From an uncultured Bacteroidota bacterium (lineage in GTDB: Bacteria > Bacteroidota > Bacteroidia > NS11-12g > UBA9320): a stretch of DNA of 64,000 nt. Below, piece after piece: positions 46,051 through 55,879 of the stretch (positions within the stretch are counted from its first letter, which is position 1; each line of letters begins with the position of its first letter). Under the pieces are notes generated by a model. It had not been told where the DNA came from. It was given only the letters and a program-made list of their open reading frames with translations, and searched no databases. The DNA lies in contig CAKZLB010000067.1 in NCBI GenBank assembly GCA_937124965.1, forward strand, positions 171,455 through 235,454, read 5' to 3'. Made by a program: the position numbers and the translations under genes.

Positions 46051-47074
46051 ATTCTTTATTTTTTGATTTAAGTTCTTGAATCGTTAAATAAATAAATGAA
46101 ACAAGGGTTATGCTACCAATGGTAACATGCATAAGTTGCGCTATAGCTGGAAATTCAAACCGAATGTTTAAAATTCCTGTAAGAGCTTGTAAAACCACAA
46201 AGCCAATTGTGATTAAAAGTATTATACTCGTTCTTGGTCTATTCGTTGTTTTTCTATTGAGATAAAAAACATAAACTAACAGTAAGCCTGTAAAAAGAGC
46301 AAGTAATCTGTGTGTGTTAAAAACACCACCTAACAAATCAAAATTATCTAAACCTATTAGCACACCAGAATTTCCAAATTGGTCAATAGACTCACGTACG
46401 GAAGTACCAGATAGCAATTGACCTATTGATAAAATCAAACCTGCGATAGTTAACGTTTTTATAGATTTCGTTGTGTTCCCCTCTGACTTTTTGTTGTAAT
46501 AAAAGGCAATCATAAAACTTGCAATTGCAGCAAAAGCCATAACAAAGTGAATTGAAACAACACCACCTAGTAGATCGGTGTCTACCACTACTGATCCTAG
46601 CCAGCCGTTAATAATTACGAATAGTACACCTAAAAGAGTAAACAGTGTAATTGTCCTTTTAAACTTCCAATATTGAAATGACGATATAGCTGCCAATAGA
46701 GTAATTATACCCGTTAAAGCTCCCCATAATCGATTAACATATTCAGTATAGGTCTTCTGAACATTAAATGGTTCAGACGTCATAACTCCATTCACAGAAG
46801 CTAATGCTTCTGATTTCTGTGTTAATCCCATACGTTTTAAAAGTGCTGCCAAACGGGTTACTTTTACTTTTCTTTTCTCTAAATATTCTTGTTCATAGTT
46901 TTCCGGTAATTCAGCCTCTGATGTTGGTGGAATCCATGTTCCAAAACATTTAGGCCAATCCGGGCAACCCATTCCTGAACCTGAAATTCTGACTAACCCA
47001 CCTAAAAAAAAGAGGATTATAATGGCCGCAATCGACCAAAAACAGAACCGGTCAAAGAATTTCGGTTTAAACAA
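46040..47074 (-). CDS. ctaA: COX15/CtaA-family heme A synthase
   Basis: TTG start. It is a multi-TM protein with SGSGMGCPDWPKCFG near the N-terminus and conserved His residues in the TM helices (HFVMAF, HRLLAL, HVTIG). Confidence 0.82.
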   Translation of the reverse strand: MFKPKFFDRFCFWSIAAIIILFFLGGLVRISGSGMGCPDWPKCFGTWIPPTSEAELPENYEQEYLEKRKVKVTRLAALLKRMGLTQKSEALASVNGVMTSEPFNVQKTYTEYVNRLWGALTGIITLLAAISSFQYWKFKRTITLFTLLGVLFVIINGWLGSVVVDTDLLGGVVSIHFVMAFAAIASFMIAFYYNKKSEGNTTKSIKTLTIAGLILSIGQLLSGTSVRESIDQFGNSGVLIGLDNFDLLGGVFNTHRLLALFTGLLLVYVFYLNRKTTNRPRTSIILLITIGFVVLQALTGILNIRFEFPAIAQLMHVTIGSITLVSFIYLTIQELKSKNKEYGN

Positions 47075-47076
47075 TA

Positions 47077-48948
47077 TTATGCTTTACCTAATCCTAACCA
47101 ATTTTTAACCAACGTAAATAACATCACATTGTCTTCTTTCGGCTCTTTTGCATCAGAAGTCTCTGGTGTTACCGGCGCTACGTGAATTTCTTCAGAGCTT
47201 CCTTTGTCAGGAACATTCTGAGGAATAAAATCTTCATCAGCATCTGGTAAACTATAGTCATAAGGCCAACGGTAAACAGTTGGAATCTCTCCTGGCCAGT
47301 TTCCATGTAAGTGCTCAACAGGCGCAGTCCACTCAAGCGTGTTTGCTTGCCATGGGTTTTGAACTGCTTTTTCTCCAGCAAATATGCTTGAGAAGAAATT
47401 GTACAAGAATATTATTTGAGCAACACCACCTAAAATTGCCGCAAGCGTAATAAATACGTTTACGTCTAACCATGGTGCAAACTCTGGTAAAATGTTAAAT
47501 GAATAATATCTTCTTGGTACTCCAGCTAAACCTTGGAAGTGCATTGGGAAGAAAACCATGTATGCTGATATGAATGTCAACCAGAAGTGTATATACCCTA
47601 ACGTTTTGTTCATTGTTCTTCCAAACATTCTTGGGAACCAATGGTAAATACCAGCCATCATACCAAATATCGCAGAACTACCCATTACCAAGTGAAAGTG
47701 AGCAACAACAAAGTATGTATCGTGAAGAGAGATATCTAACGCAGCATTTCCTAAGAAAATACCAGTCAAACCACCTGTGATAAACAATGATACCAATCCT
47801 ATTGCAAACATCATCCCGTTAGTAAATCGAATACTACCCTTCCATAAAGTGGCTAGATAGTTGAATGTTTTTACCGCTGACGGTACCGCAATAATCAATG
47901 TCATTACTAAGAAAATTGTTCCTAGTAGAGGATTCATTCCCGTAATAAACATGTGGTGACCCCAAACTAAGAAAGACAGCACCGAAATTCCAATTAAGGA
48001 GATAATCATTGCTGTATATCCAAATATCGGTTTTCTAGCATTTACGGCGATTACTTCAGAAGTAATACCAAACGCAGGCATGATGATAATGTATACCTCA
48101 GGGTGACCTAAGAACCAGAATAAATGCTGGAATAAAATCGGACTTCCTCCTGTTTGTTCTAATGCGCCAACACCTCCACCTAAGAATATATCAGATAAGT
48201 AGAAACTTGTTCCAGCCAAACGGTCAAACATTAAAAGTAAACCACCACCTAAAAGAACAGGGAATGATAATAGTCCTAATATCGCTGTTAACATAAAAGC
48301 CCAAATTGTAAGAGGCATTCTATTCATTGACATACCTTTAGTTCTCATGTTAAGAACAGTAGATATATAGTTAATTCCACCTAATAAAGCAGATACAATA
48401 AATAAGATAATTGCAACTAACCAAAGCGTCATACCAACTCCAGATCCAGGCATTGCCTTGGCTAAAGCACTCAAAGGAGGGTAAATCGTCCAACCACCAG
48501 AAGCTGGTCCAGTTGCAACGAACATACTGCTCATCAATACAATACTAGAAAGTAGGAAGAACCAATAAGATAGCATATTCATAAACGGAGATGCCATATC
48601 TCGAGCTCCTACTTGTAAAGGTATTAATAGGTTAGAAAAAGTACCACTCAGTCCAGCTGTCAAAACATAAAATACCATGATTGTACCGTGAATGGTTACA
48701 AGACCCATGTAAAAACCAGAGTCTAATCGACCTTCTGGTGCCCATTGGTCACCGAATAACCAATTTAATATTGGGAAGCTTGTTTCTGGCCAAGCTAATT
48801 GCAATCGAAATAAGATCGACATAGATACACCAATAACCCCCATAATAATTCCTGTTATTAGGAATTGCTTTGAGATCATTTTGTGATCCATACTGAAAAC
48901 GTACTTCGAAATAAAGCTTTGTTTGTGATGTCCGTGATCGTTACTCAT
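47077..48948 (-). CDS. ctaD: Cytochrome c oxidase subunit I
   Basis: Heme-copper oxidase signatures are present: GGWTIYPPLS, WFLGHPEVYIIIMPAFG, VWGHHMF and HFHLVMG. Confidence 0.97.
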   Translation of the reverse strand: MSNDHGHHKQSFISKYVFSMDHKMISKQFLITGIIMGVIGVSMSILFRLQLAWPETSFPILNWLFGDQWAPEGRLDSGFYMGLVTIHGTIMVFYVLTAGLSGTFSNLLIPLQVGARDMASPFMNMLSYWFFLLSSIVLMSSMFVATGPASGGWTIYPPLSALAKAMPGSGVGMTLWLVAIILFIVSALLGGINYISTVLNMRTKGMSMNRMPLTIWAFMLTAILGLLSFPVLLGGGLLLMFDRLAGTSFYLSDIFLGGGVGALEQTGGSPILFQHLFWFLGHPEVYIIIMPAFGITSEVIAVNARKPIFGYTAMIISLIGISVLSFLVWGHHMFITGMNPLLGTIFLVMTLIIAVPSAVKTFNYLATLWKGSIRFTNGMMFAIGLVSLFITGGLTGIFLGNAALDISLHDTYFVVAHFHLVMGSSAIFGMMAGIYHWFPRMFGRTMNKTLGYIHFWLTFISAYMVFFPMHFQGLAGVPRRYYSFNILPEFAPWLDVNVFITLAAILGGVAQIIFLYNFFSSIFAGEKAVQNPWQANTLEWTAPVEHLHGNWPGEIPTVYRWPYDYSLPDADEDFIPQNVPDKGSSEEIHVAPVTPETSDAKEPKEDNVMLFTLVKNWLGLGKA

Positions 48949-48974
48949 CTTCGTATCGTTCTTTTAAATTTTTA

Positions 48975-50756
48975 TTAATTCAAGGCTATTTCGCCAGATT
49001 CTTCTTCAACTTCCATGGATTCTGGCGCAACGGCAGGTGCTTCTGCTGGAGCTTCCTCCTTTACAAACGTTGCTTTTTGTTCGCTCATCCATTTTTCGTA
49101 CTCTTTTTTACTTTCCACAACAATTTTAATCTTCATGTTGTAATGAGAGTTTCCACATATCTTGTTACAAATAATATGATAGTCAAATTCAGGGTTTCCT
49201 AAATCTAGTCTTTTCTGTTTTGTTGATTTTGTTGGAACAAATGTGAACTGTGTTGGAATACCAGGCACCACATTCATCTGTGCTCTGAATTCTTTCATCA
49301 ACGCACTGTGAATTACGTCTCTTGATCTGAACTTGAATGTAACAGGCTCATTTTCTATTAAGTGAATTTCACTCGAAACGATATCGTCTTTTGCTGCATC
49401 AATGTATAGAGTACCTGCTTCTAACGATGTTTTGATTCGTTTGATTTGTGTATTTCTTCGTCGGATTTGAAGCTCGTAGAATGACTGTTCAGAACCTGAT
49501 TCAATATCATCAATTAACTTTTGATGCGATTTTAAGTCACTTCCAACACGTCCACCTAATGTAGATTTAAGATCACCTAACTTAGACGGCAACTCAGTTA
49601 TTGCGTTTTCATAATATTCTATATCTGCTTCTAATTCCTTAAGAATTTCTTCTGCTTTATAAGGTATTGCAACACCTAAAGGATTTGATGTTTCGGAGAT
49701 TAGATTGTAGTTAGCATTTCCTAATTTACCATCTGCACCTGGGTATCTAGCTTGCCAAGCAAACTGATGTGCAAATACTTCAATTTGTCGTGTACCTTCT
49801 GCTGGTGCTTCATTAATCCCGCTCCATGCTTTTAGTCCGCCAAGTACTAAAATTGTTAAAACAACCGCCGGAACCGCTGTCCATATTAATTCTAGTTTAT
49901 CATTATCTGGATAGTGTAACGCTTTTACACCTTTTTTCGCTCGGTATTTGAAAGCGAAATAGAATAATAAAATTTGAGTCACAAAAAATACGAAACCAGT
50001 GATAATAAAGGTTATACGCATCATGCTGTCAATAGCTTCACCATGTGCAGATGAAGAGTCCCATAAAAGTAAATATTTACTGTGAATGGAAACCTCGTAT
50101 AGTGCTGCTATCATTCCAACAATAAGGAATACTAACATTAACGCAGCATTGATATTATTCCATGGAATTACTTCTCGTCCAGTTAGCTTACCAACGACGT
50201 CAATAGTCTTAATAATTAAAACTACAACGATGAAAACAAGCAGTGATAAAAAGAAAAGTATTTTGTTGGTTCTGTTGAATAATCCTTCATCAACAGGTGT
50301 TGGTTCAGTTGGACCTCCGTCATTAACTACTGCCAATGGGCCATTTTCCGTATACATCAAGATCGACTTAATCTGATCATCGCTCAAGTCAGCGAAAACG
50401 TTCATTGCCGTTCCATTGTATTCGTTATAGATGGCAATTGCATCAGCATCGCCGGATTGACGCAACTCGTTGTTGTTTCGAATCCATTTGATTAACCAAT
50501 CTAGTTCTCGACGCTCGGTAACCCCAGCTAGCGCTGGTCCAGTTGTTCTGCGGTCAAGCTGATGACAAGACTGACATTTAGCCTTGAACAAAGCTTCACC
50601 AGCTTTCACCGTTTCTTCAGAAACCGGAAGGCCAGTAGCACTAGTTTGAATTTTTAATTCTGCAAATCCTTGCAGTGATGTTAGAACGAGCAATAATGCA
50701 AATGTGCTCACTTTAAGAAAACGTAATCGCATACTTTTAGATGAAAAGTTTTTCAT
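48975..50756 (-). CDS. coxB: Cytochrome c oxidase subunit II with N-terminal class I cytochrome c domain and an inserted coiled-coil segment in the cupredoxin domain
   Basis: CQSCH heme-c site with a distal Met (GTAMNVF). Four hydrophobic segments follow the cytochrome c domain. CuA ligands are H (DVIHSALM) and C-x3-C-x3-H-x2-M (CNKICGNSHYNM). About 100 aa (EILKELEADIEYYENAI...RRRNTQIKRIK) is inserted before the last cupredoxin strands. Confidence 0.9.
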   Translation of the reverse strand: MKNFSSKSMRLRFLKVSTFALLLVLTSLQGFAELKIQTSATGLPVSEETVKAGEALFKAKCQSCHQLDRRTTGPALAGVTERRELDWLIKWIRNNNELRQSGDADAIAIYNEYNGTAMNVFADLSDDQIKSILMYTENGPLAVVNDGGPTEPTPVDEGLFNRTNKILFFLSLLVFIVVVLIIKTIDVVGKLTGREVIPWNNINAALMLVFLIVGMIAALYEVSIHSKYLLLWDSSSAHGEAIDSMMRITFIITGFVFFVTQILLFYFAFKYRAKKGVKALHYPDNDKLELIWTAVPAVVLTILVLGGLKAWSGINEAPAEGTRQIEVFAHQFAWQARYPGADGKLGNANYNLISETSNPLGVAIPYKAEEILKELEADIEYYENAITELPSKLGDLKSTLGGRVGSDLKSHQKLIDDIESGSEQSFYELQIRRRNTQIKRIKTSLEAGTLYIDAAKDDIVSSEIHLIENEPVTFKFRSRDVIHSALMKEFRAQMNVVPGIPTQFTFVPTKSTKQKRLDLGNPEFDYHIICNKICGNSHYNMKIKIVVESKKEYEKWMSEQKATFVKEEAPAEAPAVAPESMEVEEESGEIALN

Positions 50757-50928
50757 TAACCTCTTATTATCAGGGAGTTAATAAATAGCCTTGTCGCTAT
50801 CTGCTTTCCCATGAATTTTGGCAAAAATAAGGGGTTTTTAAAAAGAATAAAGCAATACTTTTACTCATGTATTAACAGTCTTTTATTTAGAAAGAATACA
50901 AATTGATTTACACTGTTGTTACAAAACA

Positions 50929-50954
50929 AAAAGGGAATCCGAAGATCCCCTTTT
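50929..50954. terminator. A/T-flanked GC hairpin (bidirectional terminator-like) between the OMP gene and the cox operon
   Basis: AAAAGGGAATC-cgaa-GATCCCCTTTT forms an 11-bp stem with one mismatch. It has a U-run on both strands and lies about 190 nt downstream of the minus-strand gene ending at 51143. Confidence 0.4.
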
Positions 50955-51142
50955 CATAACCAAAAACTAAAACTGAAATTTAATTTACCACTATTAAACT
51001 TGCTCGGACCACTATTTCTAGTGTTCATAAGGTTAAACGATGTTTACCTCTAAAGGTTGTAATATTCACGTCATGATACTGTCGTGATTTTGACATCTAA
51101 TACTTTTTGTTTTTAAACCGGCTTTACAACAGGGGAGTTGGG

Positions 51143-51808
51143 TCAGTTATTTAGTCTAACATTTAGACCAAAACCGATAATATTAGGAGTTCCAATATTT
51201 AATTCCAGATTGCATCCTATATTTTTTGTGAAATAACCACGAACTCCAATTGGAGTAACTGCTACAATTGGTCGACTGAGAACAAATTTGTTTAGAATGT
51301 CGAAGTTTGGGTCCGTAGTATTAACTTTTAAACCATTAAATACAAAACCAAGACGGGCACCAGAGTACAAATCGAATCGATCATGATTAATGGGGTAATG
51401 AATTTTAGGGAAGAAAGCAATGCTTGAACGTGTATTTGTTAGACTGACTTGCTCTTGAATAATAACGTCTTGTCTGTTCTTGTACTGATAATCAAAAGAT
51501 CCATTGAATTGCTGGTTGGAATACAACAGTCCTACACTCCACATGTCAGAGAGCCCTAAATCTACGGCTAGTATTCTGACTCTTTTGGAAGAAACATCAA
51601 CATTAGAGATGTTTTGCTGTTTGGTTGTGTCAATATCCTTTCTTTCGGCAAGTTTTAATCCACCTTTTAGCACGGCACCAAATACACTAAACCCTATATT
51701 GCCTGTAACTACTACTTCATTTGCCGCCGATTGACCAAAGACATTTAAGGTAGAAGTTCCTATCAGTGCTGTGAAGACTAAAAACCTAACTATAACAATG
51801 AGTTTCAT
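51143..51808 (-). CDS. Small outer-membrane beta-barrel protein
   Basis: It has the signal peptide (ALIGTSTLNVFGQ). The 221 aa show amphipathic beta-strand periodicity. Confidence 0.55.
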   Translation of the reverse strand: MKLIVIVRFLVFTALIGTSTLNVFGQSAANEVVVTGNIGFSVFGAVLKGGLKLAERKDIDTTKQQNISNVDVSSKRVRILAVDLGLSDMWSVGLLYSNQQFNGSFDYQYKNRQDVIIQEQVSLTNTRSSIAFFPKIHYPINHDRFDLYSGARLGFVFNGLKVNTTDPNFDILNKFVLSRPIVAVTPIGVRGYFTKNIGCNLELNIGTPNIIGFGLNVRLNN

Positions 51809-51834
51809 AAGATTCTCTGCAATCTACTAAAAAA

Positions 51835-52677
51835 TTAGTTTTGATTTTCAATTAGCTTAATCTCATTGGGGCCCGCTTCTATAATTCTTCTTTTGTACAA
51901 CCCACCTACTGCTTTTTTAAAATTTTTCTTACTCATTTTTAAAAGAGCATATATTTCTTCAGGAGCCGATTTGTCGCCAACAGGTATGGTGCCGCCACGT
52001 TTGTCTAAGAGGTTTAGAATGGTCTCTTGAAATGTGTCGATGTTTTCATATCCAACACGCTGGAGCCTAACGTCAATCTTTTCATCTTCCCGAATTTTGT
52101 GAATGAAACCAATCTTTTTATCTCCGAGAAAAATCTTTTCAAAAATCTCATTTGAGTAAATCAAACCTGCATAGCGATTATTGATAATTACATTTCGACC
52201 TAAATCGGTTTGACTTCCAATCAAAAGCTCAACTTCCTGACCTTCTTCAAGTTCAGATAAATCTCTTTCTACAAACTTTCCGGTTTTGCATGATGCTACT
52301 AATCGGTTTGTCACTTCGTCTAAGTAAACATAAACCATTACCTCTTTGCCTCGAGTTAGATTTTGATTTTGTTCTTTATATGGTACCAACAATTCTTTTT
52401 CAAGACCCATCTCTAAAAAAGCACCAACACTCGATACGTCATTAACCGTAAGCACGGCAAATTCTCCTGGCATCACTAAAGGTTTTAACGTTGTGGCAAT
52501 AGGGCGATCTTCTGAATCCTTGTAAACAAAAACTTCAATGGTGTCGTCTACTTCTAATCCAGACGGGACATACTTGTTGGGTAATAGTATTTCATCGCCT
52601 TTTAGGTTCCCCAAAAAAAGACCAACACTAGTAGATCTTAAAACTGTGAGATTGTGATATTGGCCGACTTCTAACAT
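51835..52677 (-). CDS. CvfB/YitL-family S1-like RNA-binding protein
   Basis: It has tandem S1-like repeats: GQYHNLTVLRSTSVGLFL, GEFAVLTVNDVSSVGAFLEMGLEKELLVP and GQEVELLIGSQTDLG. A C-terminal winged-helix-like tail follows. Confidence 0.8.
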   Translation of the reverse strand: MLEVGQYHNLTVLRSTSVGLFLGNLKGDEILLPNKYVPSGLEVDDTIEVFVYKDSEDRPIATTLKPLVMPGEFAVLTVNDVSSVGAFLEMGLEKELLVPYKEQNQNLTRGKEVMVYVYLDEVTNRLVASCKTGKFVERDLSELEEGQEVELLIGSQTDLGRNVIINNRYAGLIYSNEIFEKIFLGDKKIGFIHKIREDEKIDVRLQRVGYENIDTFQETILNLLDKRGGTIPVGDKSAPEEIYALLKMSKKNFKKAVGGLYKRRIIEAGPNEIKLIENQN

Positions 52678-53762
52678 ATGAGTGACTGATATAAAGTTAT
52701 GTGTTGCTGTAATAATTTGTTTTTATCAAAGTGCTTTAAGCGACCTTCTATACTGCTGATCAATTTATTTCTTGTATTGGTGTCTTTGAATTCTTGCAGC
52801 GCATTTGCTATGCTATCGGGACTTAATGGGTCAAAATACAAACCCGCATTGCCAGCTATTTCTGACATACACGAGTCTTGACTCGTTAGCACAGGAGTAT
52901 TAGAGGCTAAACTCTCAAGGATCGGAATTCCAAAACCTTCGTATTCACTGGGAAAAATGGAGATGTTAGCGAGTTGGTAGAGTGCAGGTAAGTCATTGGT
53001 TGGTACATCCGTAAAAAGTTGTACATTTTTGTCTAACCCGTTTTCATTAACAAAACGTTGAACCTCATCATATGTGTCCCCTTTTCTTCCAACAAAAACG
53101 AAAGGAATATCAGAGATACTATGAGACTTTATGGCTTGCAGAAGAGTCAAATGGTTTTTGCGCTTTTCAAACTTGCTCACCATTAATATAAAGTCGTTTG
53201 GTAACTGATATTTTGATTCGATTTTAGACAACGATTCACCATTTTGTTTTTGGTAAAATTGTGCATCACAATCTTGGTAGATGACATGAATTGGAATTTC
53301 ATCATCCACAATTAATGGCTTTAAGTCTCTCTTTGTTTGCTCGCTGGTCACAATAACTGCATCGGCATTTCCAAGCGCATTAACTGTTTTGTTTTTATAA
53401 ATGAATCGGTCTATTGCTCGATAATATTCTGGATAGTGCAAGAAGATTAAGTCATGAATAGTGACAACGAGTTTTGTATTTCGTGGCCTTGTATACGGGA
53501 GTTCAGCACTTAAGCCATGATAAATGTCTAACTGGTTTCGGTTAATGTCTTTTGAAATTCTTAATTGTCTCCAAAAAGGTAAGAGGCCAGATTTTGAAAC
53601 GATTGGCAAGTCTGTGTCAATGTCTTTTGGTGGCTTTGTGTCAAATAGCAGATATTCGTGCTCCGAGAAATTTTCCTTGATACCATCAATCAGGGTTCTG
53701 GAAAAATTTCCAAGCCCCGTTTTGTTGTGAAAATAACGTTTCGCATCAAACCCAATTCGCAT
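52671..53762 (-). CDS. Glycosyltransferase family 4 (GT-B, Glycos_transf_1)
   Basis: The C-terminal domain has the EX7E-type motif ISIFPSEYEGFGIPILESLASNTPVLTS. Confidence 0.85.
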   Translation of the reverse strand: MRIGFDAKRYFHNKTGLGNFSRTLIDGIKENFSEHEYLLFDTKPPKDIDTDLPIVSKSGLLPFWRQLRISKDINRNQLDIYHGLSAELPYTRPRNTKLVVTIHDLIFLHYPEYYRAIDRFIYKNKTVNALGNADAVIVTSEQTKRDLKPLIVDDEIPIHVIYQDCDAQFYQKQNGESLSKIESKYQLPNDFILMVSKFEKRKNHLTLLQAIKSHSISDIPFVFVGRKGDTYDEVQRFVNENGLDKNVQLFTDVPTNDLPALYQLANISIFPSEYEGFGIPILESLASNTPVLTSQDSCMSEIAGNAGLYFDPLSPDSIANALQEFKDTNTRNKLISSIEGRLKHFDKNKLLQQHITLYQSLIC

Positions 53763-53828
53763 GGGGCAATGTTAGGTAGAAAATCAAAATCTAACTAATT
53801 CTCATTTTGGTCTTTCCGAGTTGGTTAA

Positions 53829-54491
53829 TCAATGAGACTTCAACCAGCGTATGTCGATTATCAATTGCTGAACGGATGTTTTGTTTAATCCATTATAAAT
53901 TCCACGGATGTGTTTGTTTTTATCTATCAAAACAAAATTCTCCGTATGCAGAAAATCGTTTTCGGCTTTCGTTAGCCCTAAGTCTTCCTCTACAAAATAA
54001 CTGTTTCTTCCAAGAGAATAAATTTCTGACCGACTTCCAGTCAATAAGTGCCATTTGTTTGGAATAACACCATACTCTTTGCCATACTTGTCAAGAACTG
54101 ATACAGAGTCTTTATTCGGTGTAACGGAGTGGGAGAGAAGTACAACGGAATTATCGTTTAAGAAGGAGTCTTGCAAAATCTTCATATTTTTTGTCATTCG
54201 CGGACAAATACCTGGGCATGTTGCAAAGAAAAAATCGGCTACATATACTTTGTTGGTAAGGTCTTTCTGTGTTATTGTATCGCCAAGTTGGTTGATTAGC
54301 TGAAAATCTGGAATCCTATGAAATGTATCAAGTACAGAATTGGAATCAGTTAACCAATGTGGCGTAAACGTAGCTTCGCAGTAATACGGGAGACTATTAT
54401 CAATTTTTTCGCTTGTACTTTTTGTTTGCTTGCATGAGCAAAATACGAGAAGCAAAGCAAAGAAGTTAATCGTTAAACTGAACCGTTTCAT
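53829..54491 (-). CDS. SCO1/SenC-family lipoprotein (second copy in window)
   Basis: It has FFFATCPGICPRM (CxxxC) and LSHSVTPNKD. The ATG at 54491 opens the lipoprotein signal MKRFSLTINFFALLLVFCSC. The longer ORF from 54554 has no signal-like N-terminus. Confidence 0.85.
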   Translation of the reverse strand: MKRFSLTINFFALLLVFCSCKQTKSTSEKIDNSLPYYCEATFTPHWLTDSNSVLDTFHRIPDFQLINQLGDTITQKDLTNKVYVADFFFATCPGICPRMTKNMKILQDSFLNDNSVVLLSHSVTPNKDSVSVLDKYGKEYGVIPNKWHLLTGSRSEIYSLGRNSYFVEEDLGLTKAENDFLHTENFVLIDKNKHIRGIYNGLNKTSVQQLIIDIRWLKSH

Positions 54492-55062
54492 CTTCCAATT
54501 CAAAACACAAGGTGGCGCGCTTAAGTCCATATATTCTGCCGTTTTTTGCCTCATAATTGTTATATATTCTTCCGTTCTCTCGCCATGCTTTTTGTAATCC
54601 CTTCTCTTTTCCTTCGGCGTAATTCATTTCTTTAAAAAGTTGGCCACTCTGATACCATTGTTTTTGAAGACCATCTACTTTGCCTTCCTTGTACTTTGTG
54701 TGTGAACGAATTTGCCCAGACTTCCACCACGTTTTGGATTCCCCATGTAGTTTTCCGTGGTTATAGATTGCGCTATAACTTTGTGAATTATTTGGATAAA
54801 ATTTGATCAACATACCATGCTTTTTGCCTTCAGAGAATTGAACTTTTTCAGAAGTGTCGCCAGAGGCATATAATGAAAAAGACTGGCCAGAAAAAGGCTT
54901 GTCTTTATACATAACAAGCCCTTCATTCTGATCAAGTACCAAATTCTTTTTATTGATTATCACATTTTCATGTTGCGGTTCCTTTGTTTGCATGGATTTG
55001 CCACAACTAATCAAAAGAAAACCAACTATGCTTAACCAATATGCATTTTTATTGAATAGCAT
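54466..55062 (-). CDS. MORN-repeat-variant (YwqK-like) lipoprotein
   Basis: It has a lipobox LLISC. Repeats are GKKHGMLIKFY, GKLHGESKTWW, GKVDGLQKQWY and GKEKGLQKAWR. Confidence 0.8.
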   Translation of the reverse strand: MLFNKNAYWLSIVGFLLISCGKSMQTKEPQHENVIINKKNLVLDQNEGLVMYKDKPFSGQSFSLYASGDTSEKVQFSEGKKHGMLIKFYPNNSQSYSAIYNHGKLHGESKTWWKSGQIRSHTKYKEGKVDGLQKQWYQSGQLFKEMNYAEGKEKGLQKAWRENGRIYNNYEAKNGRIYGLKRATLCFELEDETVQFND

Positions 55063-55879
55063 TCGGCGTTCCTTGGTAATTTCCAGGGAATAAAATATAG
55101 TATTGATTTAAGTATAAGTCATTCTGAACATGATAGTGGTATTCTGCTTCAGTGCTGTGCTGTGTTGTTGTAGTGTGTCCGCCAGATGCATCAAGGTCTG
55201 TAGGGTACGCACCAGTTGAGTTACACTTGCGACCGTATAAGAAAAATCCGTCAGAAATAATTCCGATAAGTTTATCGTCGTCTTCCGACCAAGCTTTTGT
55301 TTCTAAATGATAATGGTAACTCTGTGGACCTGTATGAGCGCCAGTATAATCTAAAGATGGTGCGGCGTCGTCTAATGGGACATTCGGTCCTTCTTCATCA
55401 TTGTAAATCATTGAACCACTAACTGCAAACCCGATAGATCCTAAGCCAGTTGAACTTGAAGAAGATGCTTTTGAAGGAGAAACAGGAACTCTTAAAGTAT
55501 AAGATCCGTTAAAATCGTCGATGTTCCCCGGTGCCATATCATCGTACGAAGTTGCTGTTGGTTCTGAAAATAGTTTATGATTTTCTGAAGCCGCAGGTGT
55601 TTTTAGTGTGTTTCCCATCGGGTCGACTGCTGATCTTTCTGTAGTATTTGACCAATACGGTGAAGTGTGGTTTGGTAATCCGTTTGTTTCAAGTACAACT
55701 TCATCTCCATCGATATATATTGTAAAATTTTCTGAATCAAACTCTGCAAACGCTTTGTGTAGGTCGGAGTTTGTAGTGGTGTCGTCAACGGGGTCAGAAG
55801 TTTCATCGTCTTTACATGACGACAAATTGAATAACATTAATGCTGATATTGTGAGCGCAGCTAATGGAGTATGTTTCAT
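55049..55879 (-). CDS. YHYH-domain lipoprotein
   Basis: It has a lipobox NLSSC. It contains two literal YHYH motifs (PQSYHYHLE, EAEYHYHVQ) and HTSPYW, as in the YHYH family (PF14240-like). Confidence 0.8.
   Translation of the reverse strand: MKHTPLAALTISALMLFNLSSCKDDETSDPVDDTTTNSDLHKAFAEFDSENFTIYIDGDEVVLETNGLPNHTSPYWSNTTERSAVDPMGNTLKTPAASENHKLFSEPTATSYDDMAPGNIDDFNGSYTLRVPVSPSKASSSSSTGLGSIGFAVSGSMIYNDEEGPNVPLDDAAPSLDYTGAHTGPQSYHYHLETKAWSEDDDKLIGIISDGFFLYGRKCNSTGAYPTDLDASGGHTTTTQHSTEAEYHYHVQNDLYLNQYYILFPGNYQGTPNAIQ

Noticed and set aside
54466-55062. A toxin-antitoxin module, from the usual 'YwqK family antitoxin' label for MORN-variant proteins
   Set aside because: The protein has a lipoprotein signal, so it is exported. 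There is no toxin-like partner. The flanking genes are YHYH and SCO lipoproteins in the same operon.
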